Shown here: in pieces, positions 30,863-40,062 of the stretch
How positions within the stretch are numbered: position 1 is the first letter of the stretch
Layout: every line of letters starts with the position of its first letter
Source: an uncultured delta proteobacterium
GTDB taxonomy: Bacteria; Desulfobacterota; Desulfobacteria; Desulfobacterales; Desulfosalsimonadaceae
Direction of reading: 5' to 3'
Assembly: GCA_963826785.1 (NCBI GenBank)
Contig: CAWGYD010000008.1
Span: forward strand, 224,001 to 288,000
DNA: 64,000 nt
Notes under the pieces: model-generated
Seen by the model: the letters and a program-made list of their open reading frames with translations, nothing else
Database searches by the model: none
What the model was told of the DNA's origin: nothing
Translations under genes and position numbers: made by a program

Positions 30863-31777
30863 ATGAAAAAGCTGCTGTCCACAAGGGAAGTTGCCGAATT
30901 TCTGGGGGTGAATGAAAAGATGGTCTATACCCTGGTCTCTGAAAAGGGGCTTCCCGCATCTAAAATCACCGGCAAATGGGTTTTTCCGCTGCACCTGGTG
31001 GAGCAGTGGGTGGAGACCAACACCATCAATTACCCCGAAGCCGTGACCGAACTTCCCCCCTATGAGGGTGTGCTGATCATCGCCGGCAGCAACGATCTTC
31101 TGCTGGAAAAAACCATTTCCCTGTTCAACCGGATGTTTTCCGGGAACATCGCCGTATTCGGCAACCTGGGCAGCATGGGCGGCCTGCGGGCGCTTCGCCG
31201 GAATTTATGTCATATGGCCCCCTCCCACCTGCTTCAGGAGGAAGAAGACGATTACAATTTTGATTTCGCCGGCCAGGAACTGGACCGGATGCCGGTGATC
31301 GTCAATTTCTGTCGCAGGGAACAGGGATTTATGATCCCCAAGCAAAATCCGCAGAATATAAAAAGCGTCTCCGACTTGGCCCGGAAAGAGATCCGGGTGG
31401 TGAACCGGGCGCCCGGTACCGGCACCCGCCTGTTGTTTGACCGGGAACTGGGCAAGGCGGGAATCAAACCCGGCAGCATCGCCGGATACGACCACGAGGT
31501 CAACAGCCACCTGGAAGTCGGGTTGGAGGTCTTGACGGGAAAGGCGGATGCGGGGCCCGGCATCCGGGGCGTGGCATCCCTGCTGGGGCTGGAATTCGTC
31601 CCCCTGCGCTGGGAACGCTACGACCTGCTCATCACCAAAGAACGCTTCTTCGACAAAGGGATCCAGTATTTTCTGGGACTGCTCCATGACGCGCAATTCA
31701 AAGAACTGGCCGGCCACTTTACCGGATACGATATTTCCGCGAGCGGAAAGATCGTCTACCCCAGGGAAGCCGAATGA
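30863..31777 (+). CDS. Transcriptional regulator with an excisionase-like HTH_17 domain and a PBP-type molybdate/tungstate-sensing domain (TaoR-like architecture)
   Basis: LLSTREVAEFL..VY..LPASKITGKWVF; IAGSND, GSMGGL, NRAPGTGTR, ERYDL. Confidence 0.85.
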   Translation: MKKLLSTREVAEFLGVNEKMVYTLVSEKGLPASKITGKWVFPLHLVEQWVETNTINYPEAVTELPPYEGVLIIAGSNDLLLEKTISLFNRMFSGNIAVFGNLGSMGGLRALRRNLCHMAPSHLLQEEEDDYNFDFAGQELDRMPVIVNFCRREQGFMIPKQNPQNIKSVSDLARKEIRVVNRAPGTGTRLLFDRELGKAGIKPGSIAGYDHEVNSHLEVGLEVLTGKADAGPGIRGVASLLGLEFVPLRWERYDLLITKERFFDKGIQYFLGLLHDAQFKELAGHFTGYDISASGKIVYPREAE

Positions 31778-32766
31778 AGGCAAACGATTCTTTCAACCCG
31801 CACGTCCTGTTGAGAAACCGGCATGTACAGAGCATCATCAACAGCCTCCCCCTCCGGCGGCCTCTGGTGGCGCGGCGGGCCAGAAAGATGCTTTGCGCTT
31901 CCAAGCCGCACATCATCGATGCCGGCGAGGGCATACGCCTGCAGGGATACTATGCCGCACACCCGGAAAAACAGACAAAAGGCCTGTGCATATTGATTCA
32001 CGGCTGGGAAGGGAGTGCCGATTCCCTGTACCTGGTATCGGCCGCCGGCCTGCTCTTTGAAAACGGCTACGACGTCTTTCGCCTGAATTTGCGGGACCAC
32101 GGAAAAACCCACCATTTAAACCGGGAACTGTTTCACTCCTGCAGGATTCATGAGGTGGTGGCCGCCATCAGGACGATCCAGGATACCTTTTTCCACACCC
32201 GTCTGCTCCTGGGCGGATTTTCCCTGGGTGGAAATTTTGCCCTTCGGGTGGCGGTGCGGGCCCCGGATGCCGGCATCCATGCGGAAAAAGTGGCGGCGGT
32301 CTGCCCGGTGCTGCGCCCCTTGAGCACGCTCGATGCCATGGAAAACGGGTTTTTCCTCTACGAGGGGTACTTCATGAAGAAATGGCGCCGGTCCCTGCGA
32401 TTGAAAGAGGGATTCTTTCCGGACCTGGTGAAAATGGACGAAGTCAACCGGCATACCTCCATACGGGCGCTGACCGATTATTTCATCCGTGAATACACCG
32501 ATTTTGCGAATCTTGACGCCTATCTTTCCGGGTACGCCATTACCGGAGAAGCATTAAAGGCCCTGCAGATTCCCGCTTTCATCATTTCCAGCCTGGACGA
32601 CCCGGTAATCCCCTCGGAGGACCTCAAAAACCTCTATGCCTCGGATTGTCTTCACATTGAACCCGTGCCGTTTGGCGGCCACTGTGGTTTTATCGAAAAT
32701 TTTGCGTTCAGGAGCTGGGCGGAGCGGCGGATACTGGAACTGTTTGAAGAAGGTTCAGCCTCTTAA
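31774..32766 (+). CDS. Alpha/beta hydrolase, YheT family
   Basis: NRHVQS, HGWEG, GFSLGGN, DDPVI, GGHCGF. Confidence 0.9.
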   Translation: MKANDSFNPHVLLRNRHVQSIINSLPLRRPLVARRARKMLCASKPHIIDAGEGIRLQGYYAAHPEKQTKGLCILIHGWEGSADSLYLVSAAGLLFENGYDVFRLNLRDHGKTHHLNRELFHSCRIHEVVAAIRTIQDTFFHTRLLLGGFSLGGNFALRVAVRAPDAGIHAEKVAAVCPVLRPLSTLDAMENGFFLYEGYFMKKWRRSLRLKEGFFPDLVKMDEVNRHTSIRALTDYFIREYTDFANLDAYLSGYAITGEALKALQIPAFIISSLDDPVIPSEDLKNLYASDCLHIEPVPFGGHCGFIENFAFRSWAERRILELFEEGSAS

Positions 32767-32775
32767 TAACGCCCG

Positions 32776-32833
32776 CCCCCTCGAGGGGGGACTCCTTTTT
32801 ATTCCCCCTTAGAGGGGGGACCAAGGGGGGTGT
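32776..32833. repeat. CCCCCCTCGAGGGGGG-family element (right half with one internal unit)
   Basis: Shares GGGGGACCAAGGGGGGTGTTGGACCT with the copy at 10863-10888; lies between convergent genes. Confidence 0.8.
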
Positions 32834-32906
32834 TGGACCTTTGGACAGCAAAAAAATAAAGTAAAACGCAAACGCAATAACATGTGTGCGGCATCCCTGA
32901 AATATT

Positions 32907-34472
32907 TTATCGCGCCGGATACCCCGTGATCTCCTGGATGCTCCTGTAAAGCGGTTTGAGCTGTTTGAAAATCTTGGTGTAGACCTTTTCGTAAAGGGCC
33001 AAATAGAGTTCGTGGTTCTGGGCGATGGGCTCGAACACGTCCCTGACCCGGGTCATCTCCGATACCGCCGCATTGAAATCAGAATAGAACTTGAGCCCTA
33101 CCGCCGCATCGATGGCCGCGCCGATGGCGGATGTTTCATGGGTATGGGGCCGCTGGGCGGGAAGCCCGAAAATGTCGGCCGCAATCTGCATGGCCGTATC
33201 GCTCTGGGAGCCGCCCCCGGAGACCCGCAGGCCCCGGATGGGAACCTTGTTTTTCTTTTCGGTGACATCGGCCCCTTCCTTGAGCCCGAAAATCAATCCC
33301 TCGATAATGGCCCGGTAAAAATGCGCCCGGGTGTGGATATCGCCGAACCCGATCACAGCGCCTTTGACATACTTGGCGGTATGCGGCCCCGGGGTCCAGT
33401 GGGGATGCAGGATCAATCCCAGGGAGCCGGGGGGCACGTCCCGGATCATGGCGTCAAAGAGCATCTCCGGGGTGACGCCCTCCTTTTGGGCCTCCTCGAT
33501 CTCCTTCTGCCCGAACTGCTCCTTGAACCAGGAGACCATCCAGAACCCCCGCATGATGGAGACCTCGGTATAATAGGTGTCGGGAACGGCGGCCGGATAA
33601 GGAGGGAAGAAACTTTGGACCTCCACGTACTTGGCGGTGGCGGTGTTGACCGTGGCGATGGTGCCGAAGCTCAGGCAGGCGGTTTCCGGGGTCATGCATC
33701 CGGCCCCCAGGATCTCGCAGGCCTTGTCGCTGGCCGCGGCGATCACGGGCAACCCCTTCGGGATGCCGGTCTCCTCTGCGGCCCTGGCAGTGATCCGGCC
33801 CATTTCTTCCCCCGGCTTGACCAAAGCGGGGAGCTTTTGGGCATCCACAGGAAAAATCTTCCACTTGAAATCGTATTTTCCCGCCCACTGGTAGGTTTTG
33901 TTGTTGACGGGCAGATATCCGACGTTGCTGCCGGTGGAGTCGACAAATTCGCCGGTCAGCTTGTAATTGAAATAGCCGGACAGGAGCAGGTACTTGTGGG
34001 TCTTTTCCCAGATATCCGGCTGCTGCTGCTTGATCCAGTTGACTTCCGCATCCGCAATCACCCCTTCGGCGAATTCGAGCAGCCGGGCCGCCTTGAGCAC
34101 GGGCTTGAGCACGCCGGGAATGATTTTGCCGGCATCGGCCTTGCGGTTGTCCAGCCAGGTGATGGCGGGCCGAAGCGCCCGGCCCTCGCGATCCACATTC
34201 ACCACGGTGGCCCGCTGGGTGGTCACGGCCACCCCCGCAATGCGCTGCTTCAGCTCTCCAATTTTTTCGAAGAGCAGTTTGCAGGTACTGCAGAACATGG
34301 ACCAGTAGTAGTCCGGCTCCTGCTCCGCCCAACCGGGATTTCTGGAAAAATAGGGTTCGATGGGCGTCTTGACGATGTGCAGGATATCGCCCTTCAGGTC
34401 CACCACAGAAGCCCGGATCGACTGGGTTCCCGCATCGATGGACAGAATCAGCTGACCATTTACATTTCCCAT
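32907..34472 (-). CDS. FGGY-family carbohydrate kinase
   Basis: SIDAGTQS, WAEQ, TTQR, WLDNR, RAIIEG, VSGGGSQS, SAIGAA. Confidence 0.93.
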   Translation of the reverse strand: MGNVNGQLILSIDAGTQSIRASVVDLKGDILHIVKTPIEPYFSRNPGWAEQEPDYYWSMFCSTCKLLFEKIGELKQRIAGVAVTTQRATVVNVDREGRALRPAITWLDNRKADAGKIIPGVLKPVLKAARLLEFAEGVIADAEVNWIKQQQPDIWEKTHKYLLLSGYFNYKLTGEFVDSTGSNVGYLPVNNKTYQWAGKYDFKWKIFPVDAQKLPALVKPGEEMGRITARAAEETGIPKGLPVIAAASDKACEILGAGCMTPETACLSFGTIATVNTATAKYVEVQSFFPPYPAAVPDTYYTEVSIMRGFWMVSWFKEQFGQKEIEEAQKEGVTPEMLFDAMIRDVPPGSLGLILHPHWTPGPHTAKYVKGAVIGFGDIHTRAHFYRAIIEGLIFGLKEGADVTEKKNKVPIRGLRVSGGGSQSDTAMQIAADIFGLPAQRPHTHETSAIGAAIDAAVGLKFYSDFNAAVSEMTRVRDVFEPIAQNHELYLALYEKVYTKIFKQLKPLYRSIQEITGYPAR

Positions 34473-34558
34473 TTTCCCTCTCCCCCGGTCGCTGTTTATC
34501 TCAAAGCCTCGGATTCGTATTCATGCACGTGCACCGTCCAGTGTCCAGTGTCCGAATA

Positions 34559-36250
34559 TTAATCCAGTCCCAGATGCCCCCCCGGATTCATGATGCCGTT
34601 GGGATCGAAATGGTTTTTCAGCGCCCGCAATACCGCCATCTGCTCTTTGCCCAGGTGCTTTTCCATGAAGGGTGAAAACAGTTTGCCCACCCCGTGATGA
34701 TGGCTGATGGACCCGCCGTTCTTGATGATCGATTCGATGACCCCGTGATGAAATTTCTGATACTCCTTGAGTTCGATCATCTTTAAAATGAAGATGAAGT
34801 AAAGATTGGTCCCCTGGGGATAAAAATGCGAGGCATGGGTCATGCAGATGGTATGCGGCCGGCTCTTGATATAGGAACGGACGCCCTGGTGCAGCCGGTG
34901 CAGGTTGTCCCAGGTCACCCCGGACTCCACGGTGTCGATGATGATGCCGTAGTCCATGAGGTCCTCGCGCATGTAGGGCTCCTTGTAGCGCGTCTTTTCC
35001 CACAGGCCGGTGGCATACCCGGTCAGGTTCATGGCCCCGTACTGCCGACATACCCGGGCCACCTGGGCTTTTACGTACTTGGCATAGCTCTTTTCCCCTT
35101 CCGTGGTGCCCAGGCACAGGCACCGCTCCATGGGCCGATACCCCCGCAGGTGGATGAGGCTGTCCACCGGCCCCCCCTGGAGGCCGAAGAGCTTCAATCC
35201 CACCTCGGTTTCCTCGGGGTCGGAAATCCGGTAGACCGCGGGAACGCCGAATTCGCCCTGCATGATCTCCCGGCTGGCGTTCACCGCCTTTTCCCAGGAA
35301 GGGAACATGAAGGCAAACCGCTGGCGGTTATCCGGCATGCAGCGGAAGATCTTCATGGTCAGTTCCACCAGCACACCGAAAGCCCCCTCGTTTCCTTTCA
35401 TGATGTCGTTGATCTTGGGGCCGGTGGCGGTGGCGGGAAATTCCAGGGTTTTAAATGACCCCGCCGGCGTGACGTATTCCTGGCTGATCACCAGGTCATA
35501 GGCATCACCGTAGTAGGTGGAGGCCTGGCCCGATCCCAGTGTGACGATCCAGCCCCCCACGGAAGAATATTCAAATGACTGGGGGAAGTGGCCGCAGGTG
35601 TAGCGGCGGGCAGTCTTGAACCGCTCCGGCGCATTGTTCAACGCCTCTTCATAGGCGGGGCCGAACATGCCAGCCTGAACCCGGGCGGTCTGGTTGAGTT
35701 CGTTGATGGAAAGCACCTTGTTCATATGCGTGCTCATCACCAGCATGACCCCGCCCTTAGGCGTTTGCAGGCCGAAGGTCACCGAAGATCCGCCGCCGTA
35801 GACATAAAGGGGAATTTTTTCGTCACTGCAATAAGCGACGATCTTTGCCACATCTTTCTTGTTCCGGGGGTGCACGACCACATCCGGAACCTGGGCGACC
35901 CGATGGTGGCGAAGGTCCAGGGCTTCGTCCACTGTTTTGCCGTGGCTGTATTTTACCCGGCTGTAGTCGTCGGTGGACACGTTTCGCTTGCCCGCCAGCT
36001 CTTCGATTTTATGGATCTGCGCTTCGGAGAGACCGATTTTCCGGTCGATTTTGACGGCTTCGTCCCCCTCGAATTTCGGTTTTTTAAAATCCGCATCCGA
36101 CATGTTGAATTCGGCCTTGAGCATCTCGAACCATGCATGATTGGGGTGCTTGTATTCATCGGGGCGTCCCCACTTGAAGATGGACCGATAGGATTTCTTC
36201 GCCGGCGGCTTTTCGCGCCAGTCCGGTTCAAACACGCTCTTGTCAGACAT
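34559..36250 (-). CDS. FAD-binding oxidoreductase, alkyl-DHAP-synthase-like (VAO superfamily)
   Basis: YGGGSSV, GHFPQSFEYSSVGGW, GNEGAFG, HASHFY, ISHHHGVGK. Confidence 0.88.
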   Translation of the reverse strand: MSDKSVFEPDWREKPPAKKSYRSIFKWGRPDEYKHPNHAWFEMLKAEFNMSDADFKKPKFEGDEAVKIDRKIGLSEAQIHKIEELAGKRNVSTDDYSRVKYSHGKTVDEALDLRHHRVAQVPDVVVHPRNKKDVAKIVAYCSDEKIPLYVYGGGSSVTFGLQTPKGGVMLVMSTHMNKVLSINELNQTARVQAGMFGPAYEEALNNAPERFKTARRYTCGHFPQSFEYSSVGGWIVTLGSGQASTYYGDAYDLVISQEYVTPAGSFKTLEFPATATGPKINDIMKGNEGAFGVLVELTMKIFRCMPDNRQRFAFMFPSWEKAVNASREIMQGEFGVPAVYRISDPEETEVGLKLFGLQGGPVDSLIHLRGYRPMERCLCLGTTEGEKSYAKYVKAQVARVCRQYGAMNLTGYATGLWEKTRYKEPYMREDLMDYGIIIDTVESGVTWDNLHRLHQGVRSYIKSRPHTICMTHASHFYPQGTNLYFIFILKMIELKEYQKFHHGVIESIIKNGGSISHHHGVGKLFSPFMEKHLGKEQMAVLRALKNHFDPNGIMNPGGHLGLD

Positions 36251-36513
36251 GGTCTTCTCCCTTTTGATGTTTATCAGCACTCGATATAAAAAAGTTCGGA
36301 TAGATCAAATATCGCCCGCCAGATAGGATTTAGGATTTACAGGCTTGGAAGAATCATAACGAAATATTGGCAAAACACAAATTAAAAATCTTACATGACC
36401 GGTTTCAAAATCTTTCAGAACATGTGCCGTCCTGGACATCGCAAAACATCGGAGGAAGGGAGTCAAAGAAGGAAACAAAGAAGGAGTGTTGAATTTTAAA
36501 AGGTGCAGACGCA

Positions 36514-36543
36514 AAGCGCCCCGGGGAAACCCCCGGGGCGCTT
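36514..36543 (-). terminator. GC-rich hairpin downstream of glnA, probable terminator
   Basis: AAGCGCCCCGGGG-AAAC-CCCCGGGGCGCTT, a perfect 13-bp stem with only a short U tail. Confidence 0.65.
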
Positions 36544-36577
36544 ATGCAGTGATTTACGACTTTAGGAAAACGTATGT

Positions 36578-37993
36578 TTAAATGTCATAGTACAGGAAGA
36601 ACTCATGGGGATGCGGCCGCAGTTTCATGGCGTTGACCTCCGCATCGGTCTTGTACTCGATCCAGCGCTCGATGACGTCCTTGGTGAATACGTCGCCCTT
36701 GAGCAAAAACTCATGGTCTTCCTTGAGGGCGGCCAGTGCTTCTTCCAGGGAACCCGGTGCGGACGGGATCTCGGCCAGTTCTTCCGGCGGAAGATCATAG
36801 ATGTTCTTGTCCAGCGGATCGCCCGGGTCCATCTTGTTCTGGATGCCGTCGAGCACCGCCATCAGGACCGCGGAAAATGCGAGATAGCCGTTGCAGGAGG
36901 GGTCCGGGGTGCGAAATTCGATCCGCTTGGCCTTGGGTGAAGAGGAATACATGGGGATGCGGACCGCCGCACTCCGGTTCCGGCTGGAGTAGGCCAGGTT
37001 GACCGGCGCTTCGAAACCCGGCACCAGTCGCTTGTAGGAGTTGGTGGTCGGGTTGGTGAAGGCGCACAGTGCCTTGCAGTGTTTCAGGATGCCGCCGATG
37101 GCATACAGGGCTTCCTGGGAAACGCCCGCGTACTTGTCCCCGGCGAACAGCGGCTGGCCTTCCTTCCAGATGCTGACATGGGTGTGCATGCCCGATCCGT
37201 TGTCCTCGAACAGCGGTTTGGGCATGAACGTCACCGTCTTGTTGTATTTATGGGCCACGTTTTTCAGAACGTACTTGAACCACACCAGCTGATCGCCCAT
37301 CTCCAGAAGGGGCTTGAACCGCATGTCGATTTCGGCCTGGCCGCCGGTGGCCACCTCGTGATGCTGGCATTCCACGTCAAATCCGAGATCCTGCAGGGTC
37401 AGCATCATCTCGGTGCGGATATTCTGCTGCTTGTCCATGGGAGGAACCGGGAAATACCCTTCCTTGTGGCGGGGTTTGTAGCCCAGGTTCGGAAATTCGT
37501 CCCGGCCGCTGTTCCAGATGCCTTCTTCGGAATCGACCATGTAGAAGGCCTGGTGACGGCCGGATTCGAACCGCACATCGTCAAAGATAAAAAATTCCGC
37601 TTCCGGCCCGATAAACGCCGTGTCTCCGATACCGGTCTGTTTCAGGTAGGCTTCGGCCTTCTGGGCCACATGCCTCGGGTCACGGGTATACGGTTCATGG
37701 GTAATGGGATCGACGATGTTGCCGATCAGCACCACGGTTTTTTCCTCATAGAAGGGATCCACCTTCATGGAGGAAGGGTCCGGAACGACCAGCATGTCGC
37801 TGGCGTTGATGGGCTGCCAGCCCCGGATGCTCGATCCGTCGAACCCGAACCCGTCTTCGAAGCAGGATTCGTCCACTTCGGTGGACGGAACGCTAAAATG
37901 CTGCCAGATCCCGGGAAAATCCATGAACCGGAAATCCACTACCCTGATTTTCTCCTGTTTGATAAACTCCAATACATCTTTGGCACTAGTCAT
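36578..37993 (-). CDS. glnA: Glutamine synthetase type I
   Basis: [41 protein letters not shown], adenylylation site NIYDLP. Confidence 0.98.
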   Translation of the reverse strand: MTSAKDVLEFIKQEKIRVVDFRFMDFPGIWQHFSVPSTEVDESCFEDGFGFDGSSIRGWQPINASDMLVVPDPSSMKVDPFYEEKTVVLIGNIVDPITHEPYTRDPRHVAQKAEAYLKQTGIGDTAFIGPEAEFFIFDDVRFESGRHQAFYMVDSEEGIWNSGRDEFPNLGYKPRHKEGYFPVPPMDKQQNIRTEMMLTLQDLGFDVECQHHEVATGGQAEIDMRFKPLLEMGDQLVWFKYVLKNVAHKYNKTVTFMPKPLFEDNGSGMHTHVSIWKEGQPLFAGDKYAGVSQEALYAIGGILKHCKALCAFTNPTTNSYKRLVPGFEAPVNLAYSSRNRSAAVRIPMYSSSPKAKRIEFRTPDPSCNGYLAFSAVLMAVLDGIQNKMDPGDPLDKNIYDLPPEELAEIPSAPGSLEEALAALKEDHEFLLKGDVFTKDVIERWIEYKTDAEVNAMKLRPHPHEFFLYYDI

Positions 37994-38059
37994 TGATTCC
38001 TCCTTGTGTGTTTGTTTATCGGCACTCGATCTACCGTGTTTCAGGTTCTGAATCTAATT

Positions 38060-38134
38060 GGAATAATGGAATATTGGGTCAATGAAGAGGTAACCACTGA
38101 CCTATTATTCCATCATTCCATCATTCATCATTCC
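38060..38134. repeat. Imperfect hairpin built from ATCATTCC/GGAATAAT 8-mers
   Basis: 38060-38081 pairs with 38098-38119 (19/22), with extra ATCATTC units to 38134. Confidence 0.65.
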
Positions 38135-38163
38135 CTTATCTTTTGGGAACCTTTGATGAGAGG

Positions 38164-38517
<354 letters not shown>

Positions 38518-38559
38518 TTATGTGAATTTTTATATGCAATGCGTTTGATGAAGAGCGGA

Positions 38560-39855
38560 TCAGCTGATCTCAAACCCTCTTTCCCCGTGAATGGCGCTGT
38601 CGAGCCCCTCGATTTCATTTTCGATTTCCACCCGCAGGCCCCCCGCCAGCATCTTGGTCACCATCACCACCACCCAGGTGCCGGCGGCAGTGTAGGCGAC
38701 CGTGGCCAGGATGGAGACGATCTGGATGCCAAACTGCGATGCATTGCCGTAAAACCATCCGGCGGAGCCGGAAATTGCCGGGGAGGCAAACAGGCCGGTG
38801 GCCAGCGCGCCCCACATGCCGCAGATGCCGTGCACGCCAAAGGCGTCCAGGGAATCGTCATACCCCATCTTGTGCTTGAGCTTGGATACGCTGAAAAAAC
38901 CGATCACCCCGGCAAAAAAACCGATCACCAGTGAAGCCGGCATGTTCACGTACCCGGCGGCGGGCGTAATCGCCACCAGTCCCGCCACCACCCCCGAGGC
39001 GATTCCCAGGACGGTGGGTTTTTTCGTGAAGTACCATTCCATAAACATCCAGGAAAGCGCGGCCATGGCGGCGGAAGTGTTGGTGGCCAGAAACGCCGAC
39101 CCGGAAACCCCGTTGGCTGCCAGGGCACTTCCCGCATTGAAGCCGAACCAGCCGAACCACAGCAGGGCCGCTCCCAGGGCGGTCAGGGTGATGCTTGACG
39201 GGAACATGGCCTCTTTGCCGTACCCGTGGCGTTTGCCCAGCATCAGGGCCAGCACCAGGCCGGCCACACCGGCATTGATGTGAACCACGTTGCCGCCCGC
39301 GAAATCGAGCGCCCCCATGTCGGCCATCCAGCCCCCTCCCCATACCCAGTGGGCGATGGGGCAGTAGATGAAGGTGAGCCACAGCACCGCAAAGATGATC
39401 CATGCGGAAAACTTCATCCGATCGACAACGGAGCCGAGCACCAGGGCCACGGTAATGCCGGCAAAGGTCAGCTGAAACAGGACGAACACGAAAGTGGGAA
39501 TGGTGCCCGTAACGCTTTCGACCCCGATCCCGTTTAAAAAAAGGTGGTCCAGATTACCGATGACGCCGCCTGCGTCCGGTCCGAAAGCCAGGGTATATCC
39601 CCACAACACCCAGATGATGCTGCCCAGGCAGTAAGAAACAAAGGTCATGGCAAAGGTATTGAGCAGGTTTTTGTACCGGCTCATGCCCGAGTAGAACAGC
39701 GCCAGCCCCGCCGGGGTCATCATCATGACCAGGGCGGTGGCCACGATAATCCAGGCCGTATCCCCGCTGTCAATCGCATCCGCTGCAAATGCCGGCCCTG
39801 CGGACAGCAAAAACAGGATCAGCATCATTATCCATGTGGTCGCTTTTCTCTTCAT
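38560..39855 (-). CDS. amtB: Ammonium transporter
   Basis: DFAGGNVVHINAG, LWFGWFGFNAGS, AGLVAITP, DDSLDAFGVHG. Confidence 0.97.
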   Translation of the reverse strand: MKRKATTWIMMLILFLLSAGPAFAADAIDSGDTAWIIVATALVMMMTPAGLALFYSGMSRYKNLLNTFAMTFVSYCLGSIIWVLWGYTLAFGPDAGGVIGNLDHLFLNGIGVESVTGTIPTFVFVLFQLTFAGITVALVLGSVVDRMKFSAWIIFAVLWLTFIYCPIAHWVWGGGWMADMGALDFAGGNVVHINAGVAGLVLALMLGKRHGYGKEAMFPSSITLTALGAALLWFGWFGFNAGSALAANGVSGSAFLATNTSAAMAALSWMFMEWYFTKKPTVLGIASGVVAGLVAITPAAGYVNMPASLVIGFFAGVIGFFSVSKLKHKMGYDDSLDAFGVHGICGMWGALATGLFASPAISGSAGWFYGNASQFGIQIVSILATVAYTAAGTWVVVMVTKMLAGGLRVEIENEIEGLDSAIHGERGFEIS

Positions 39856-39939
39856 TCTACCCCCTGTTCATGGCTTAAAAATTTCTTCGATTACCCTGTT
39901 CGTTTAGACGATACCTAAATGTGTTTGTGCAACCGCTTG

Positions 39940-40062
39940 ACACCCCCCTGGCCCCCCTCAAGGGGGGATTTCTATCGAGAGTGCCCCCTCGTTGAGGATT
40001 CCTATATGGAGAGTATCCGTAAATCATTTCAATTCCCCCCTTGAGGGGGGCCAGGGGGGTGT
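39940..40062. repeat. Inverted pair of CCCCCCTCAAGGGGGG-family units; the right unit overlaps the glnD 3' end
   Basis: 39940-39970 and 40031-40062 form a ~29-bp perfect inverted repeat around a ~60-bp spacer. Confidence 0.85.

Noticed and set aside
34505..34555. Short hexamer/heptamer repeats (TCCAGTG x2) and the AGATTC-N7-GAATCT inverted repeat at 21069-21087
   Set aside because: Too short to distinguish from chance without comparative data
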